Source: Mobula hypostoma (Eukaryota). Taken from it: DNA of 64,000 bases. Under the pieces are notes generated by a model. That model saw only the letters and a program-made list of their open reading frames with translations. It was not told the origin of the DNA and did not search any database. This document shows, in pieces, positions 36,724 to 49,708 of this stretch. Each line of letters starts with the position of its first letter. Position 1 is the first letter of the stretch. The DNA is taken from assembly GCF_963921235.1 (NCBI RefSeq), contig NC_086100.1, positions 204,416,001-204,480,000 of the forward strand, read 5' to 3'. Made by a program: the position numbers and the translations under genes.

Positions 36724-37647
36724 TGTCATGGTTCGGTCCGTGTAGTCCGCATTCCGGTTTACGGTCTGGTCCGTGGGCTCAGGACTCCGGGTCTTCCAGC
36801 CATCCCTCGTTTTGTTGAGTTAAAAATAGGCACCTGATTCCCATCTTGGGTCTTGAAATATAAGTGGCCTTGGGGTCGAGTGTGAGCTGCTGGTTTGTCT
36901 TGTCAGTCCCCCTTGGAGCAACCTGCTGATGGAAGGCTAGTGAAACCATTCGTGATCTCTAGGCCTTGTTGGAGGACCACTGCTTAATGGAGCCTTGTTG
37001 CCACTGGTCGAAGAAGTCATCGTGGTATGGATTTGGCCGTTTCTGTAGCCAGCCTAGGTTGCTGGCTGCCCTGAGACTCAGAGCCATCCTGGATTGAGCT
37101 CCGTACCTGTCCTTGCCTCCGTCGGGTAAGCCAGGCCATAATTGCCGTTACCCTGCGGTTGGTTCTGTCCCTTCCTGTCCTTGCCTCCGTGGGGTGAAGT
37201 TCCATGTCCTGCCCAGGAGAACCTCCAGGAACCCAAGCCTCAAGGATCCCAAGCCAAGCTCCAGGAACCCAAGCCTCGAGGATCTCAAGCTAAGCTTCAG
37301 GAACGCAAGCCTCCAGACCAAGACCCCAGCCTGCAGCCAAGCTCAAGAGCAAAGACCCCAGCCTGCCTCCAAGCGCAGGCCTCTAGACCGCAACCACATC
37401 CTGTCCTGAAGCCATGTCATTTCCCTGTCTGGCTCTGGGGTCTGAGCCCGAGGCAAGACCCAGGTTCTGGGTCCTTGTCCAGTCTCGGACTCGCAGTCGA
37501 AACCTTGTCGCTTAGTCCATGGTTTCTAGTCCTGGTCCCGCTTTCCCTAGCCCAAGTCTGGCCATCGCTCTGTATCGTAGTCCTGTCCCTAGTACTTCAG
37601 TGTCTGTGTCTTGACTTGGGTCCGTTCCCAGCCACCTCCTTATGACA
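36724..37647. mobile_element. Solo LTR-like element (924 bp)
   Basis: Terminal inverted repeat TGTCAT..ATGACA; internal 36-bp tandem repeat at 37225-37320; no TSD. Confidence 0.75.
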
Positions 37648-38318
37648 CCAGGTTGAGTCGGTATTGAAGAAGGCGAATGCAATGTTAGCATTTATTTCGA
37701 GAGGAATAGAGTATAGGAGCAGGGATGTGATGTTGTGGCTCTATAAGGCGCTGGTGAGACCTCACTCGGAGTACTGTGGGCAGTTTTGATCTCCTTATTT
37801 AAGAAAGGATGTGCTGACGTTGGAGAGGGTACAGAAAAGATTCACTAGAATGATTCCGGGAATGAGAGGGTTAACATATGAGGAACGTTTGTCCGCTCTT
37901 GGACTGTATTCCTTGGAGTTTAGAAGAATGAAGGGAGACCTCATAGAAACATTTCGAATGTTGAAAGGCATGGACAGAGTGGATGTGGCAAAGTTGTTTC
38001 CCATGATGGGGGGAGTCTAGTACGAGAGGGCATGACTTGAGGATTGAAGGGCGCCCATTCAGAACAGAAATGCGAAGAAATTTTTTTAGTCAGAGGGTGG
38101 TGAATCTATGGAATTTGTTGCCACGGGCAGAAGTGGAGGCCAAGTCATTGGGTGTATTTAAGGCAGAGATTGATGGGTATCTGAGTAGCCAGGACATCAA
38201 AGGTTATGGTGAGAAGGTGGTGGAGAGGGACTAAATGGGTGAATGTATCAGCTCATGATAAAATGGCGGAGCAGACTCGATGGGCCGAATAGCCGACTTC
38301 TGCTCCTTTGTTTTATGA
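37648..38318 (+). mobile_element. CR1-D 3' fragment
   Basis: ORFs 37811-38020 and 38037-38234; matches revcomp of 59925-60600. Confidence 0.92.
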
Positions 38319-38324
38319 TCTTTT

Positions 38325-38915
38325 GGACCTCAGGGGACTCCTGTACTACCTGCCTACTGCTACGCTGTCTAGTGGCCACCCATTCCCTTTCTGACTGTGT
38401 ATCTGCGGTGTGGCCAACTCACTGAACGTGCTATTCACGACTTTCTCAGCATCGCGGATGCTCCAGTATGAATCCAGTCACAGCTCCAGCCGCTCAATGC
38501 GGTCTGCCAGAAGCTGCAGCTGGACACATTTCCTGCACACATAGTCGTCAGGGACACTGGAAGTATCCCTGATTTCCCACATGCTGCAGGAGGAAGAAAC
38601 CACGGGGCCTATCTCAGTTGTCATGACCTAGCCAATACGCTATAGCCTCGCCGCCTTCCTTGCTTCAAATAAAATACCGATGCAGACCGTTCTCCTCTTG
38701 AAGGAACTTACCCGGCCTTACCTCACTCGGAGTGAAGCTCGTCCTCAGCCTCTGCTCGCTGAAGACTCTCGAGCCAAAGCCTTCCTACTCTGTGTCCCTC
38801 TACTCCTTCGCCCGCTCCGTCAAACTGATCTCTTTTAAATACTCCCGCTGCCTCATTGACCGACTTACACGCGCTTGCGCAGTCCTGCCCCGATCAACCG
38901 CCGAGAAAAAAAAAG
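38325..38915 (-). mobile_element. Isolated CR1 5' end (5'UTR and ORF1 N-terminal Cys motif)
   Basis: Encodes CSMWEIRD..DYVCRKCVQLQLL, like ORF1 at 63106-63951; CpG-rich 5'UTR with tgcgcaagcgcg. Confidence 0.8.
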
Positions 38916-39048
38916 TAACGTATATAATGTAGATAATGTTCATCAGTCTCCGAATATTGGAGAAAGAGTAACGGCCTTTAATAAAGCTGGTTTGATCCAT
39001 AGCGATGATTTCAGTTAAAATATTTTCCAAACGGTTAGCCATCATCTT

Positions 39049-39529
39049 CACCAGATTGATTCCTGGGATGGCAGGTCTTTCATATGAAGAAAGACTGGAT
39101 GAATTGGGCTTGTACTCGTTGGAATTTAGAAGATTGAGGGGGGATCTGATTGAAACGTATAAGATCCTAAAGGGATTGGACAGGCTAGATGCGGGAAGAT
39201 TGTTCCCGATGTTGGGGAGGTCCAGAACGAGGGGTCACAGTTTGAGGATAGAGGGGAAGCCTTTTAGGACCGAGATTAGGAAAAACTTCTTCACACAGAG
39301 AGTGGTGAATCTGTGGAATTCTCTGCCATAGCAAACTGTTGAGGCCAGTTCATTGGCTATGTTTAAGAGGAAGTTAGATATGGCCCTTGTGGCTACAGGG
39401 GTCAGGGGGTATGGAGGGAAGGCTGGGTTCTGAGTTGGATGATCAGCCATGATCATAATAAATGGTGGTGCAGGCTCGAAGGGCCGAATGGCCTACTCCT
39501 GCACCTATTTTCTATGTTTCTATGTTTCT
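39049..39529 (+). mobile_element. CR1-A 3' fragment inserted in L1
   Basis: TSD ATCTT at 39044-39048 and 39530-39534. Confidence 0.95.
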
Positions 39530-40333
39530 ATCTTAGAAAGATTTTTTGCATCCATATTTAATAGCGAAATAGTCCTATATGATAAACATTCAGTAGAATC
39601 TTTATCTTTCTTAAGGATTAAGGAAACAGAAGCTTCATAAAAAGGAGGTAAATTACCCTGCTCAAAAGATTCATGAGATATTTCCAAAAGATATGGAGAT
39701 AGTAATTTTTCAATTTTTTGTAAAATCCTACCAAATAACCATCAAGTCCAGGAGCTTTACCTGATTGCATTGACAACACAGCTTTCTGAATTTCATGCTC
39801 AACAACTGGAGCATCAAGGATCTGTTGATTTTCAACAGTAATTTGAGGAAATTTAATCTTATGTAAAAAAGCACTCATTTTGGAGGAGTCTGCAGGAAAT
39901 TGAGATTTATAAAGATCAGAATACAAATCCTGAAAAATATTATTGTCTTCATGATTATTTACTATATCTCCATTGTCTTTATGAATCTTTAGAATTTGTC
40001 TTTTATCTCTCGCGGCCCTCAGTTGTGAAGCTGAGTGCCTATTATTTGATCCAAAAAAATATAAAACTGACTTTTCAATGTAAGCAAATATCCTTCAATA
40101 GGATAAGTTAATAATAAATTATATTGTAATTGTAATTCCACTCTTTTAAACAAATCAACATTTGGAGAGATTGCATTGATGTTATCTAAACCTTTAATTT
40201 GTTTAGACATTTTATCTAATTCCATTCTTGTCTGTTTCTCTAGCTTAGCTAAATACGAAATAATCTGATCACGCTTGAGACGTTTCCTGTATTATTAAAG
40301 AGAAAAAACTCTTTTATCTGAGTTTCAATAAAC

Positions 40334-40629
40334 ATAGAAACATAGAAACATAGAAAATAGGTGCAGGAGTAGGCCATTCGGCCCTTCGAGCCTGCACCGC
40401 CATTTATTATGATCATGGCTGATCATCCAACTCAGAACCCAGCCTTCCCTCCATACCCCCTGACCCCTGTAGCCACAAGGGCCATATCTAACTCCCTCTT
40501 AAACATAGCCAATGAACTGGCCTCAACAGTTTGCTGTGGCAGAGAATTCCACAGATTCACCACTCTCTGTGTGAAGAAGTTTTTCCTAATCTCGGTCCTA
40601 AAAGGCTTCCCCTCTATCCTCAAACTGTG
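40334..40629 (-). mobile_element. CR1-A 3' fragment inserted in L1
   Basis: TSD TAAAC at 40329-40333 and 40630-40634. Confidence 0.95.
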
Positions 40630-42004
40630 TAAACTCAACAAAATCTGAACTTTGTAACAAATGTTCTGGAAAACGCCAAGGTGGTCTTGTAGAAACAACG
40701 TCTTTCAAATCAAATATTAGGTTTAAGGGAGAGTGATCAGAAATAACAATTGCATCATATTCACATTTCTGAACATTAAATAGAAGTCGAGGGTCGACTA
40801 TAAAATAGTCGATTTTCGAATATTTATTATGAACATGTGAGAAAAATGAATATCACTGGGATGCATATCTCTCCAAATTTCATTTAAGCCATAATCAATT
40901 AAAAAGGAATTAATAAGTGATGCAGAGCGATTAGGAAATTGATGTTTGGATGATGAATTATCTATTAAAGGATTTAAACAAGTATTCAAATCACCACCCA
41001 TTAATAACATATATACATTTAGATCAGGTAAAAGACCAAAAACATCTTTAAAGAATGAGGGATCATCAGCAGTTGCTCCATATATATTAACCAAAACCAT
41101 TTTGCTGTTGTAAATAGTTCCTATAACAATCAAAAATCTACCATTGATATCAGATATAATATCCTCTTGATTGAAAAGAATATTGGAATCAATTAAAATG
41201 GAAACACCTCTAATTTTACTTTGAGAATTTGCATGAAACGGAGGATCCTTCCAAAATTTTTTTTAAAATCGATTTTTATCACATATGCGTCTCTTGTACA
41301 AAAATTATATCAGGTTGGCATCGGTTAATAGTTTTAAATGTTTTCTTATGCTTAATAGGATTATTCCAACTTAAAACATTTAATTGTTTAAATATCACCA
41401 TGAGACTTTAGTTAGATGCATGTCAGGATAAGGTAATCGAGAATGGCGGAGATAAACAACAATAATAATTATTTGCATACACTCCGGAATTCCATAATCG
41501 GGATAGAAAATAAGAAAAGAAAAAAGGAGAAAATTCATCCAACCTACAAAGCCCGGAAATAAGTCGATATCAATTGACGCAAGCCCCAAAGAATGCATAT
41601 GAAGCAATTATAAACTCCCCCTGCCTGAATAAAAGATAGAAATTGAAAGAGTGATCTCTGTCTCCCTTTTCCGGATATACAACTCATTACAGTCGACATA
41701 CAGCTCATTACAATTGCGTTGGAAAGAACAGTTATTAGAAACGACCTTCAGTTTGAAAGTAACCTTCATAATATTAGATAAGGAAGAAAAAAACAACACG
41801 TCCAACAATATCATCGAAATATTTGCTCAGGAGAAAAGCAATCGCCATCTTTAAATTATTAAATCCATCTTTAAAACATAAAGAAACCCGAATATTTACT
41901 TAAAAGTTCTTAGCAAAAGCACACAAAGCGAAAAAGCAATAAGTTCATTTAAATGCTGCAAACAGAAAAAAAGTTCTAGATGGCTCAAAGTTATCTACAG
42001 TCTT

Positions 42005-42935
42005 TCGACACTGACTCAATAGACCATCCCACCATGACCTGCTCCTTTTCTGCAGCCGTGACACTTTCCCTAATTAGAAATGCCATGCTCTTTTGTCTGG
42101 CACATTCAGTAGCTATTTCTGCTCCTGAGATATCCAGGTTTCTGTGTTGGCCGCACCGTCATAGTTCCACGTATTTCATCCACGCTCTAAGTTCATCCAT
42201 CTTGTTTATGATATTCTTTGAATTAAAATAGACACATCTCAAATCACCACGCTGAGTGCATCTTTGCTCTGACATTTGCCTATCCTTCCTCACAAACTCC
42301 CTAAAAGCTGTCTCTACTTGTTTCAAACCACCCGATCCTTTGCCTCTTCACTGTAGTTCCCACCCCGCTGCAAATCTAGATTATACCCTCTCCAACTGTA
42401 TCTGAAAACCTCCCCGCCAGGATATTGGTCACTTCGTATTCAAGTGCAATACGTTCGTTGTTTATACAGGTCACACATGGCCCAGACGAGGTCCCAATGA
42501 TTCCAAAATCTGAATCCCTGCCCTCTGCTCCAATCGTTCAGCCACGCATTTATCCTCCACCTATCTGTCGCGTGGCACAGGCAGAAATACCTATATTACT
42601 ACCTTTCAGGTCCTGCCACCCAGCTTCCTTCCTAACTCCCTGTATTCTGCTTTCAGGGCTTCCACCCTTTTTCCTATCTATATCGTTTGTAGCAATATGT
42701 AGTACGACTTCTGGCAGCTCACCCTCCCATTTCAGGACATTGTGGAAACGCTCAGAACCATCACGAACCCTGGCACCTGGAAGGCAAACTACCATCCTTG
42801 TTCTTTTTCGCGCTCAGAGATTCTCCAATATTTTCCCAACTATAGAGTCCCCAATTACCGCTGCCATGCTCGTCCGCTCCCTACTCCTCTGAGTCACAGG
42901 GCCAGACTCAGTGTCAGAGGCAAGGCCCCAGGTAG
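42005..42935 (-). mobile_element. Old CR1 ORF1/EN fragment
   Basis: ORF 42550-42795 (CLPGARVRD..HIATND). Confidence 0.85.
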
Positions 42936-43051
42936 GTTCGAGAACAGTTATTGCCCTCTGAGGACCAGGCTTTCTATTAAAAGGGGACAACTACACTCAA
43001 ATTTACTTGCCCCATCATTGAAACATTCCAGCAACCAATCACATTACTTTC

Positions 43052-44772
43052 AACATAGAAACATAGAAAATAGGTGCAGGAGTAGGCCATTCGGCCCTTC
43101 GAGCCTGCACCGCCATTTATTATGATCATGGCTGATCATCCAACTCAGAACCCCGCCCCAGCCTTCCCTCCATACCCCCTGACCCCTGGAGCCACAAGGG
43201 CCATATCTAACTCCCTCTTAAACATAGCCAATGAACTGGCCTCAACAGTTTCCTGTGGCAGAGAATTCCACAGATTCACCACTCTCTGTGTGAAGAAGTT
43301 TTTCCTAATCTCGGTCCTAAAAGGTTTCCCCTCTATCCTCAAACTGTGACCCCTCGTTCTGGACTTCCCCAACATCGGGAACAATCTTCCTGCATCTAGC
43401 CTGTCCAATCCCTTTAGGATCTTATACATTTCAATCAGATCCCCCCTCAATCTTCTAAATTCCAACGAGTACAAGCCCAGTTCATCCAGTCTTTCTTCAT
43501 ATGAAAGTCCTGCCATCCCAGGAATCAATCTAGTGAACCTTCTTTGTACTCCCACTATGGCAAAGATGTCTTTCCTCAGATTAGGGGACCAAAACTGCAC
43601 ACAATACTCCAGGTGTGGTCTCACCAAGGCCTTGTACAACTGCAGTAGTACCTCCCTGCTCCTGTACTCGAATCCTCTCGCTATAAATGCCAGCATACCA
43701 TTCGCCTTTTTCACCGCCTGCTGTACCTGCATGCCCACTTTCAATGACTGGTGTATAATGACACCCAGGTCTCGTTGCACCTCCCCTTTTCCTAATCGGC
43801 CACCATTCAGATAATAATCTGTTTTCCTATTTTTGCCACCAAAGTGGATAACTTCACATTTATCCACATTAAATTGCATCTGCCATGAGTTTGCCCACTC
43901 ACCCAACCTATCCAAGTCACCCTGCATCCTCTTAGCATCCTCCTCACTGCTAACACTGCCGCCAAGCTTCGTGTCATCCGCAAACTTGGAGATGCTGCAT
44001 TTAATTCCCTCATCCAAGTCATTAATATATATTGTAAACAACTGGGGTCCCAGCACTGAGCCTTGCGGTACCCCACTAGTCACCGCCTGCCATTCTGAAA
44101 AGGTCCCGTTTATTCCCACTCTTTGCTTCCTGTCTGCTAACCAATTCTCCACCCACACCAATACCTTACCCCCAATACCGTGTGCTTTAAGTTTGCACAC
44201 TAATCTCCTATGTGGGACCTTGTCAAAAGCCTTTTGAAAATCCAAATATACCACATCCACTGGTTCTCCCCTATCCACTCTACTAGTTACATCCTCAGAA
44301 AATTCTATGAGATTCGTCAGACATGATTTTCCTTTCACAAATCCATGCTGACTTTGTCCGATCATTTCTCCGCTTTCCAAATGTGCTGTTATCACATCCT
44401 TGATAACTGACTCCAGCAGTTTCCCCACCACCGACGTTAGGCTAACCAGTCTATAATTCCCCGGTTTCTCTCTCCCTCCTTTTTTAAAAATTGGGGTTAC
44501 ATTAGCCACCCTCCAATCCTCAGGAACTAGTCCAGAATCTAACGAGTTTTGAAAAATTATCACTAATGCATCCACTATTTCTTGGGCTACTTCCTTAAGC
44601 ACTCTAGGATGCAGACCATCTGGCCCTGGGGATTTATCTGCCTTCAATCCCTTCAATTTACCTAACACCACTTCCCTACTAACATGTATTTCACTCTGTT
44701 CCTCCATCTCACTGGACCCTCTGTCCCTTACTATTTCTGGAAGATTATTTATGTCCTCCTTAGTGAAGACAG
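43052..44772 (-). mobile_element. CR1-A 5'-truncated copy with an open 520-aa RT frame
   Basis: ORF 43145-44707 with all RT motifs; tail at 43052. Confidence 0.97.
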
Positions 44773-44944
44773 GACCACTCTTTATCTCATGGCTTCCTTA
44801 TTTATTCATATTTGTATTTTATCTTATTCATATTTGTATTTTAATAGCGCATTGTCTTCTGCACTCTGGTTCATCTTTTATTGATCCTATTATAGTTATT
44901 ATTTTATCGATTTGATGAGTATGGCTACTAGAAAATGAATGTTA

Positions 44945-45201
44945 CATAGAAACATAGAAAATAGGTGCAGGTGTAGGCCATTCAGCCCTTCGAGCCTGCA
45001 CCGCCATTCAGTATGATCATTGCTGATCATCCAACTCAGAACCCTGTACCAGCCTTCTCTCCATACCCCCTGATCCCTTTAGCCACAAAGGCCATATCTA
45101 ACTCCCTCTTAAATTTAGCCAATGAACTGGCCTCAACTGTTTCCTGTGGCAGAGAATTCCACAGATTCACCACTCCCTGTGTGAAGAAGCTTTTCCTAAT
45201 C
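44945..45201 (-). mobile_element. CR1-A-related 3' fragment
   Basis: TSD ATGTTA at 44939-44944 and 45202-45207. Confidence 0.92.
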
Positions 45202-45261
45202 ATGTTAGGGTTGAATATTGAGATGTTTGTTCTTTGACAATAAATTTACTTTTATCTTTCA

Positions 45262-46110
45262 AACATCATTGATAGAGCCCCGAAAGTTTTGCACATGCCT
45301 CCCATGGGTCCGATCGAACAATCTGGCAGTCCATTAGATTTAACCACTCTAATTCACCTCAAGACAGCAACTAGCTCCTCCTCCCTAATCTGTACAGTGG
45401 CCATGACCTTCTACCTTGCCTCACATCTAAAGACTCTTGGTCCATCTCCTGAGAAAATGCAGTTGCAGAATTAGAAAAATAAATAATGATTTCAGATCTC
45501 CCTCATCTCTTTTGGCTCCACACAATGGGTTCTGATCTCACAGAGGAGCAATATCGTCCTTTTGTAACCCTTTTGCGCAGGGCATACCTGTACGTCCCCT
45601 TAGGATTTTCCCTCACCTTGTCTGCCTGGGAAACATTGTGCCTCCCTTTAATCCACCAGAGTTCTTTTTTAATACATGTTCTCTTGCTTGCCTGTACGCA
45701 TAAGCATTCTCTTATTTCCTACCTGCCTCTAACTGCTTTGAAACTCCTTTTCTTTTTTAACAGGGGCCTCAAATGGAAACCAAGGATCCGTAAACCTGTG
45801 CAGGTGAAGGACAGGCAAGTGCTTTGTACTCTCAAAATTAGACTTTTGAAGAATTCCCATTTACGACGTGCAACTTTGCCAGAAGGCAGCGTGCCCCAAA
45901 TCGACACTTGTCAGATCATTTCTAATACAATCAAAACTGTCCTCTCTCCAATTTACAATTTCAACCTGCGGACAAGACCTATTGTTTAGCATATTCATTT
46001 CGAAACTCTGGCTTTGTGATCATGAGATACAAAGTGTTCCCCTACACAAACTTCTGTCATCTGACCTGTCTCATTCCCTAACAGCAGATCATGTATCACA
46101 CTATCTCCAG
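45262..46110 (-). mobile_element. Very old CR1 fragment
   Basis: Nucleotide similarity to the EN-RT linker of the other CR1 copies; no open frame. Confidence 0.6.
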
Positions 46111-46308
46111 CAACAGTTATTTCTATATTCGTGACAAAATTGAATCTCACAGGGAGAGAGAGAGGTGAACAACAGGGGAGGATTTAAAGGGACTGTTGTG
46201 GAACTGAATCACTGGCAGGGTCCAGCCGGCCTGAGGTGACTCTCTACTGTACACTAGGTGTGTTATAAATTCATTAAGCACCAGAGACAGAGTTTAAAAT
46301 AGAACTGA

Positions 46309-49223
46309 TTTATTTGTCTCAGATCCAGAATATTAAACTCCAGTCCCATTAAAGGTGAATGTGCAGAAGAAACTCCTCTCATGCCCAGTGACCAGGGTGC
46401 TGAACAGGGTGTGATGAGCAGCAGCAATAATTGCAGAGTTCAGCACCGACAGTCACTCTCGAAATTGCATTCAGCAATGGTGATGGACAAATATCCAGCA
46501 TGCGGCTTATTGAAACGTTCTCCCCAGTGTGAACCCGGTAGTGCGTCACAGGGTTAGATTACTGAGTGAATCCCTTCCCACATTCACACCAGGTGAACAG
46601 CCTCTCCCCAGTGTGAACACAATGATGCATATTTGGTGGAGATGGCTGAGAGAATCTCCTCCCAAAGTCTGAGCAGGTGTTCGGCCTCTCCCCAGTGTGA
46701 ACTCGCTGGTGTTTCAGTAGGTTGGATGATTGAGTGAATCTCTTCCCACATTCTGAACAGGTGAATGGCCTCTCCCCAATGTGAACTGAATGGTGAGCCA
46801 TTAGGGTGGATGATCGAGTGAATCCTTTTCCAGAGTCTGAGCAAGTGAACGGCTTCTCTCAAGTGTGAACTCGTTGGTGACTCTGTAGGTTGGATGACTG
46901 AGTGAATGTCTTCCCACAATCTGAGCAGGTGAATGGCATCTCCCCAGTGTGAACTGACTGGTGTGCCAGTAGTTTAGATGACTGAGTGAAGCCCTTCCCA
47001 CATTCTGAGCAGGTGAACGGCTTCTCCCCAGTGTGAACTCGCTGGTGTCTCTGCAGGTGAGATGACTGAGTGAATCCTTTCCCACAGTCTGGACAGGTGA
47101 ACGGCTTCTCCCCAGTGTGAACTCGCTGGTGTGCCAGGAGTTCGGATGACTGAGTGAATCCTTTCCCACATTCTGAGCAGGTGAAACGCCACTCCCCAGT
47201 GTGAACTGACTGGTGTGCCAGTAGGGTGGATGACCGAGTGAATCCCTTTCCACAGTCTGAGCAGGTGAACGGCTTCTCCCCAGTGTGAAATCCCCAGTGT
47301 CTATGAAGGTCAGATGATTGAGTGAATCCTTTCCCACAGACTGAGCAGCTGAACGGTCTCTCCCCACTGTGAAATTGCTGGTGTATCTGTAGATGAGATG
47401 ACCGAGTGAATCCCTTCCCACATTCACAACAGATGAATGGCCTCTCCCCAGTGTGAACTCGCTGGTGTCTCAGTAGATCAGATGACTGACTGAATCCCTT
47501 CCCACAGACTGAGCAGGTGAACGATCTCTCCCCAGTGTGAAATCGCTGGTGTATCTGTAGATGATATGACCGAGCAAATCCCTTCCCACATTCACAGCAG
47601 GTGAATGGCCTCTCGCCCGTGTGAACTCGCTGGTGTCTCAGTAGATCAGATGACCGACTGAATCCCTTCCCACAGTCTGAACAGGTGAACCACCACTCCC
47701 CAGTGTGAACTGACTGGTGTGCCAGTAGGGTGGATGACCGAGTGAATCCCTTTTCACAGTCTGTGCAGGTGAACGGCTTCTCCCTAGTGTGAAATCGCTG
47801 GTGTCTCTAAAGGTCAGATGATTGAGTGAATCCCTTCCCACAGACTGAGCAGCTGAACGGTCTCTCCCCACTGTGAAATCGCTGGTGTATCTGTAGATGA
47901 GATGACCGAGCGAATCCCTTCCCACATTCACAGCAGGTGAATGGCCTCTTCCCCTTGTGAATTCGCTGGTGTCTCAGTAGATCAGATGACCGAGTGAATC
48001 CCTTCCCACAGTCTGAACAGGTAAATGGCCACTCCCCACTGTGATCTGACTGGTGTGCCAGTAGTTCGGATGACTGAGTGAATCCTTTCCCACATTCTGA
48101 GCAGGTGAAACGCCACTCCCCAGTGTGAACTGACCGGTGTCTCTGTAGTTGAGATGACTGAATGAATCCTTTCCCACAGTCTGGGCAGGTGAACGTCTTC
48201 TCCCCACTGTGAACTCGTTGGTGTGCCAGTAGTTCGGATGACTGAGTGAATCCTTTCCCACATTCTGAGCAGGTGAAACGCCACTCCCCAATGTGAACTG
48301 ACTGGTGTGCCAGTAGGGTGGATGACCGAGTGAATCCCTTTCCACAGTCTGAGCAGGTGAACAGCTTCTCCCCAGTGTGAAATCGTTGGTGTCTCTGAAG
48401 GTCAGATGATTGAGTGAATCCCTTCCCACAGACTGAGCAGCTGAACGGTCTCTCCCCACTGTGAAATCGCTGGTGTATCTGGAGATGAGATGACCGAGCA
48501 AATCCCTTCCCACATTAACAGCAGGTGAATGGCCTCTCCCCAGTGTGAATTCGCTGGTGTCTCAGCAGATCAGATGACTGAGTGAATCCCTTCCCACAGA
48601 CTGAGCAGGTGAACGATCTCTCCCCAGTGTGAAATCGCTGGTGTATCTGTAGATGGAATGACCGAGCGAATCTCTTCCCACATTCACAGCAGGTGAATGG
48701 CCTCTCCCCAGTGTGAATTCGCTGGTGTCTCAGTAGATCAGATGACCGAGTGAATCCCTTTCCACAGTCTGAGCAGGTGAACGGCCACTCCCCAGTGTGA
48801 ACTGACTGGTGTGCCAGTAGATCGGATGACTGAGTGAATCCCTTCCCACATTCTGAGCAGGTGAACAGCCGCTCCATGGTATTAACTCGATGGTGAGCCA
48901 TCAGGTCAGATGACCGACTGAATCCTTCCCCACAAATTCAGCAGATGACCAGCCTCTGCCCAATGTGAACTGACTGGTGTGTCCACAGGTGGGAAGACCA
49001 ACTGATTCCCTTCTCACCCATAGAACAGGTGAATGGCCTTGCCCCAGTGTGAACTTGCTGAAGTACCTTCAGCTGAGATGACAGATGAATCCATTCCCAC
49101 TGTCTGACTAGGAAGGATGATTGAGTGAAACCTTTGCTCCAATTCTAAATATCTGGACAGAGACAGCAAAACTGGCGTGTTGTGTTCAAGATTCCCGTAG
49201 ACAAATTCCGTGTTATTTTTAAC
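46309..49223 (-). pseudogene. C2H2 zinc-finger gene with ~28 fingers in one frame, broken by nonsense codons (longest initial ORF 48515-48901, 4 fingers)
   Basis: Acceptor tttttacag|G at 49224/49223; in-frame stops at 48515-17 (TAA), 47807-09 (TAG), 46859-61 (TGA) and 46559-61; AATAAA at 46309-46314. Confidence 0.88.
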
Positions 49224-49708
49224 CTGTAAAAAGATTACAAAAGTCATCAATGTGTGGACAACATTTCAAATGAGATCACTTCAGTCGTCAAGGTGTGATC
49301 TGACATCACACTGTTACCGTGAGGTTCAACGCAAGTTGGAGAGAGAAATCATCTTCTAACTGGTCATAGTGCTGGTATCTGGAATGACCATCAAATTCCC
49401 TGATGCTCTTCCTGTCTCTATTAGAATCAGGCATTTCTACCATCTCCAATCTGTGACCTGGCTCAGTTTGACTCTCTCCATTGGTATTATTCCCTGTTCC
49501 CACTGAGCTGCATGGGTGCCTGGCCCCACAGTAACTGAAACACTCTCACGCAAATAGCCCTTGTTGATGTGCAGCTGAGATTTTCATTTATGTACTGTTA
49601 ATTTAAAGTGCCACAGTTTTAATGCCATGTAAATATCTCCTACTCAAATGTATGGTTGATCTGCACAGCTGTTAAAAGGAACTAGAGTGAATATTAGTAT
49701 TACTTACG

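Larger units (their letters stand above)
38920..41400 (-). mobile_element. Decayed L1/Tx1 ORF2 (EN and RT start)
   Basis: LVNIYG..MGGDLNT (40798-41133); QSGKAPGLDG (39618-39926); DQTSFIKGR (38800-39051). Confidence 0.9.

Noticed and set aside
46801..48513. Long alternative-frame ORFs over the ZNF array
   Set aside because: Off-frame readings of the 84-bp finger repeat
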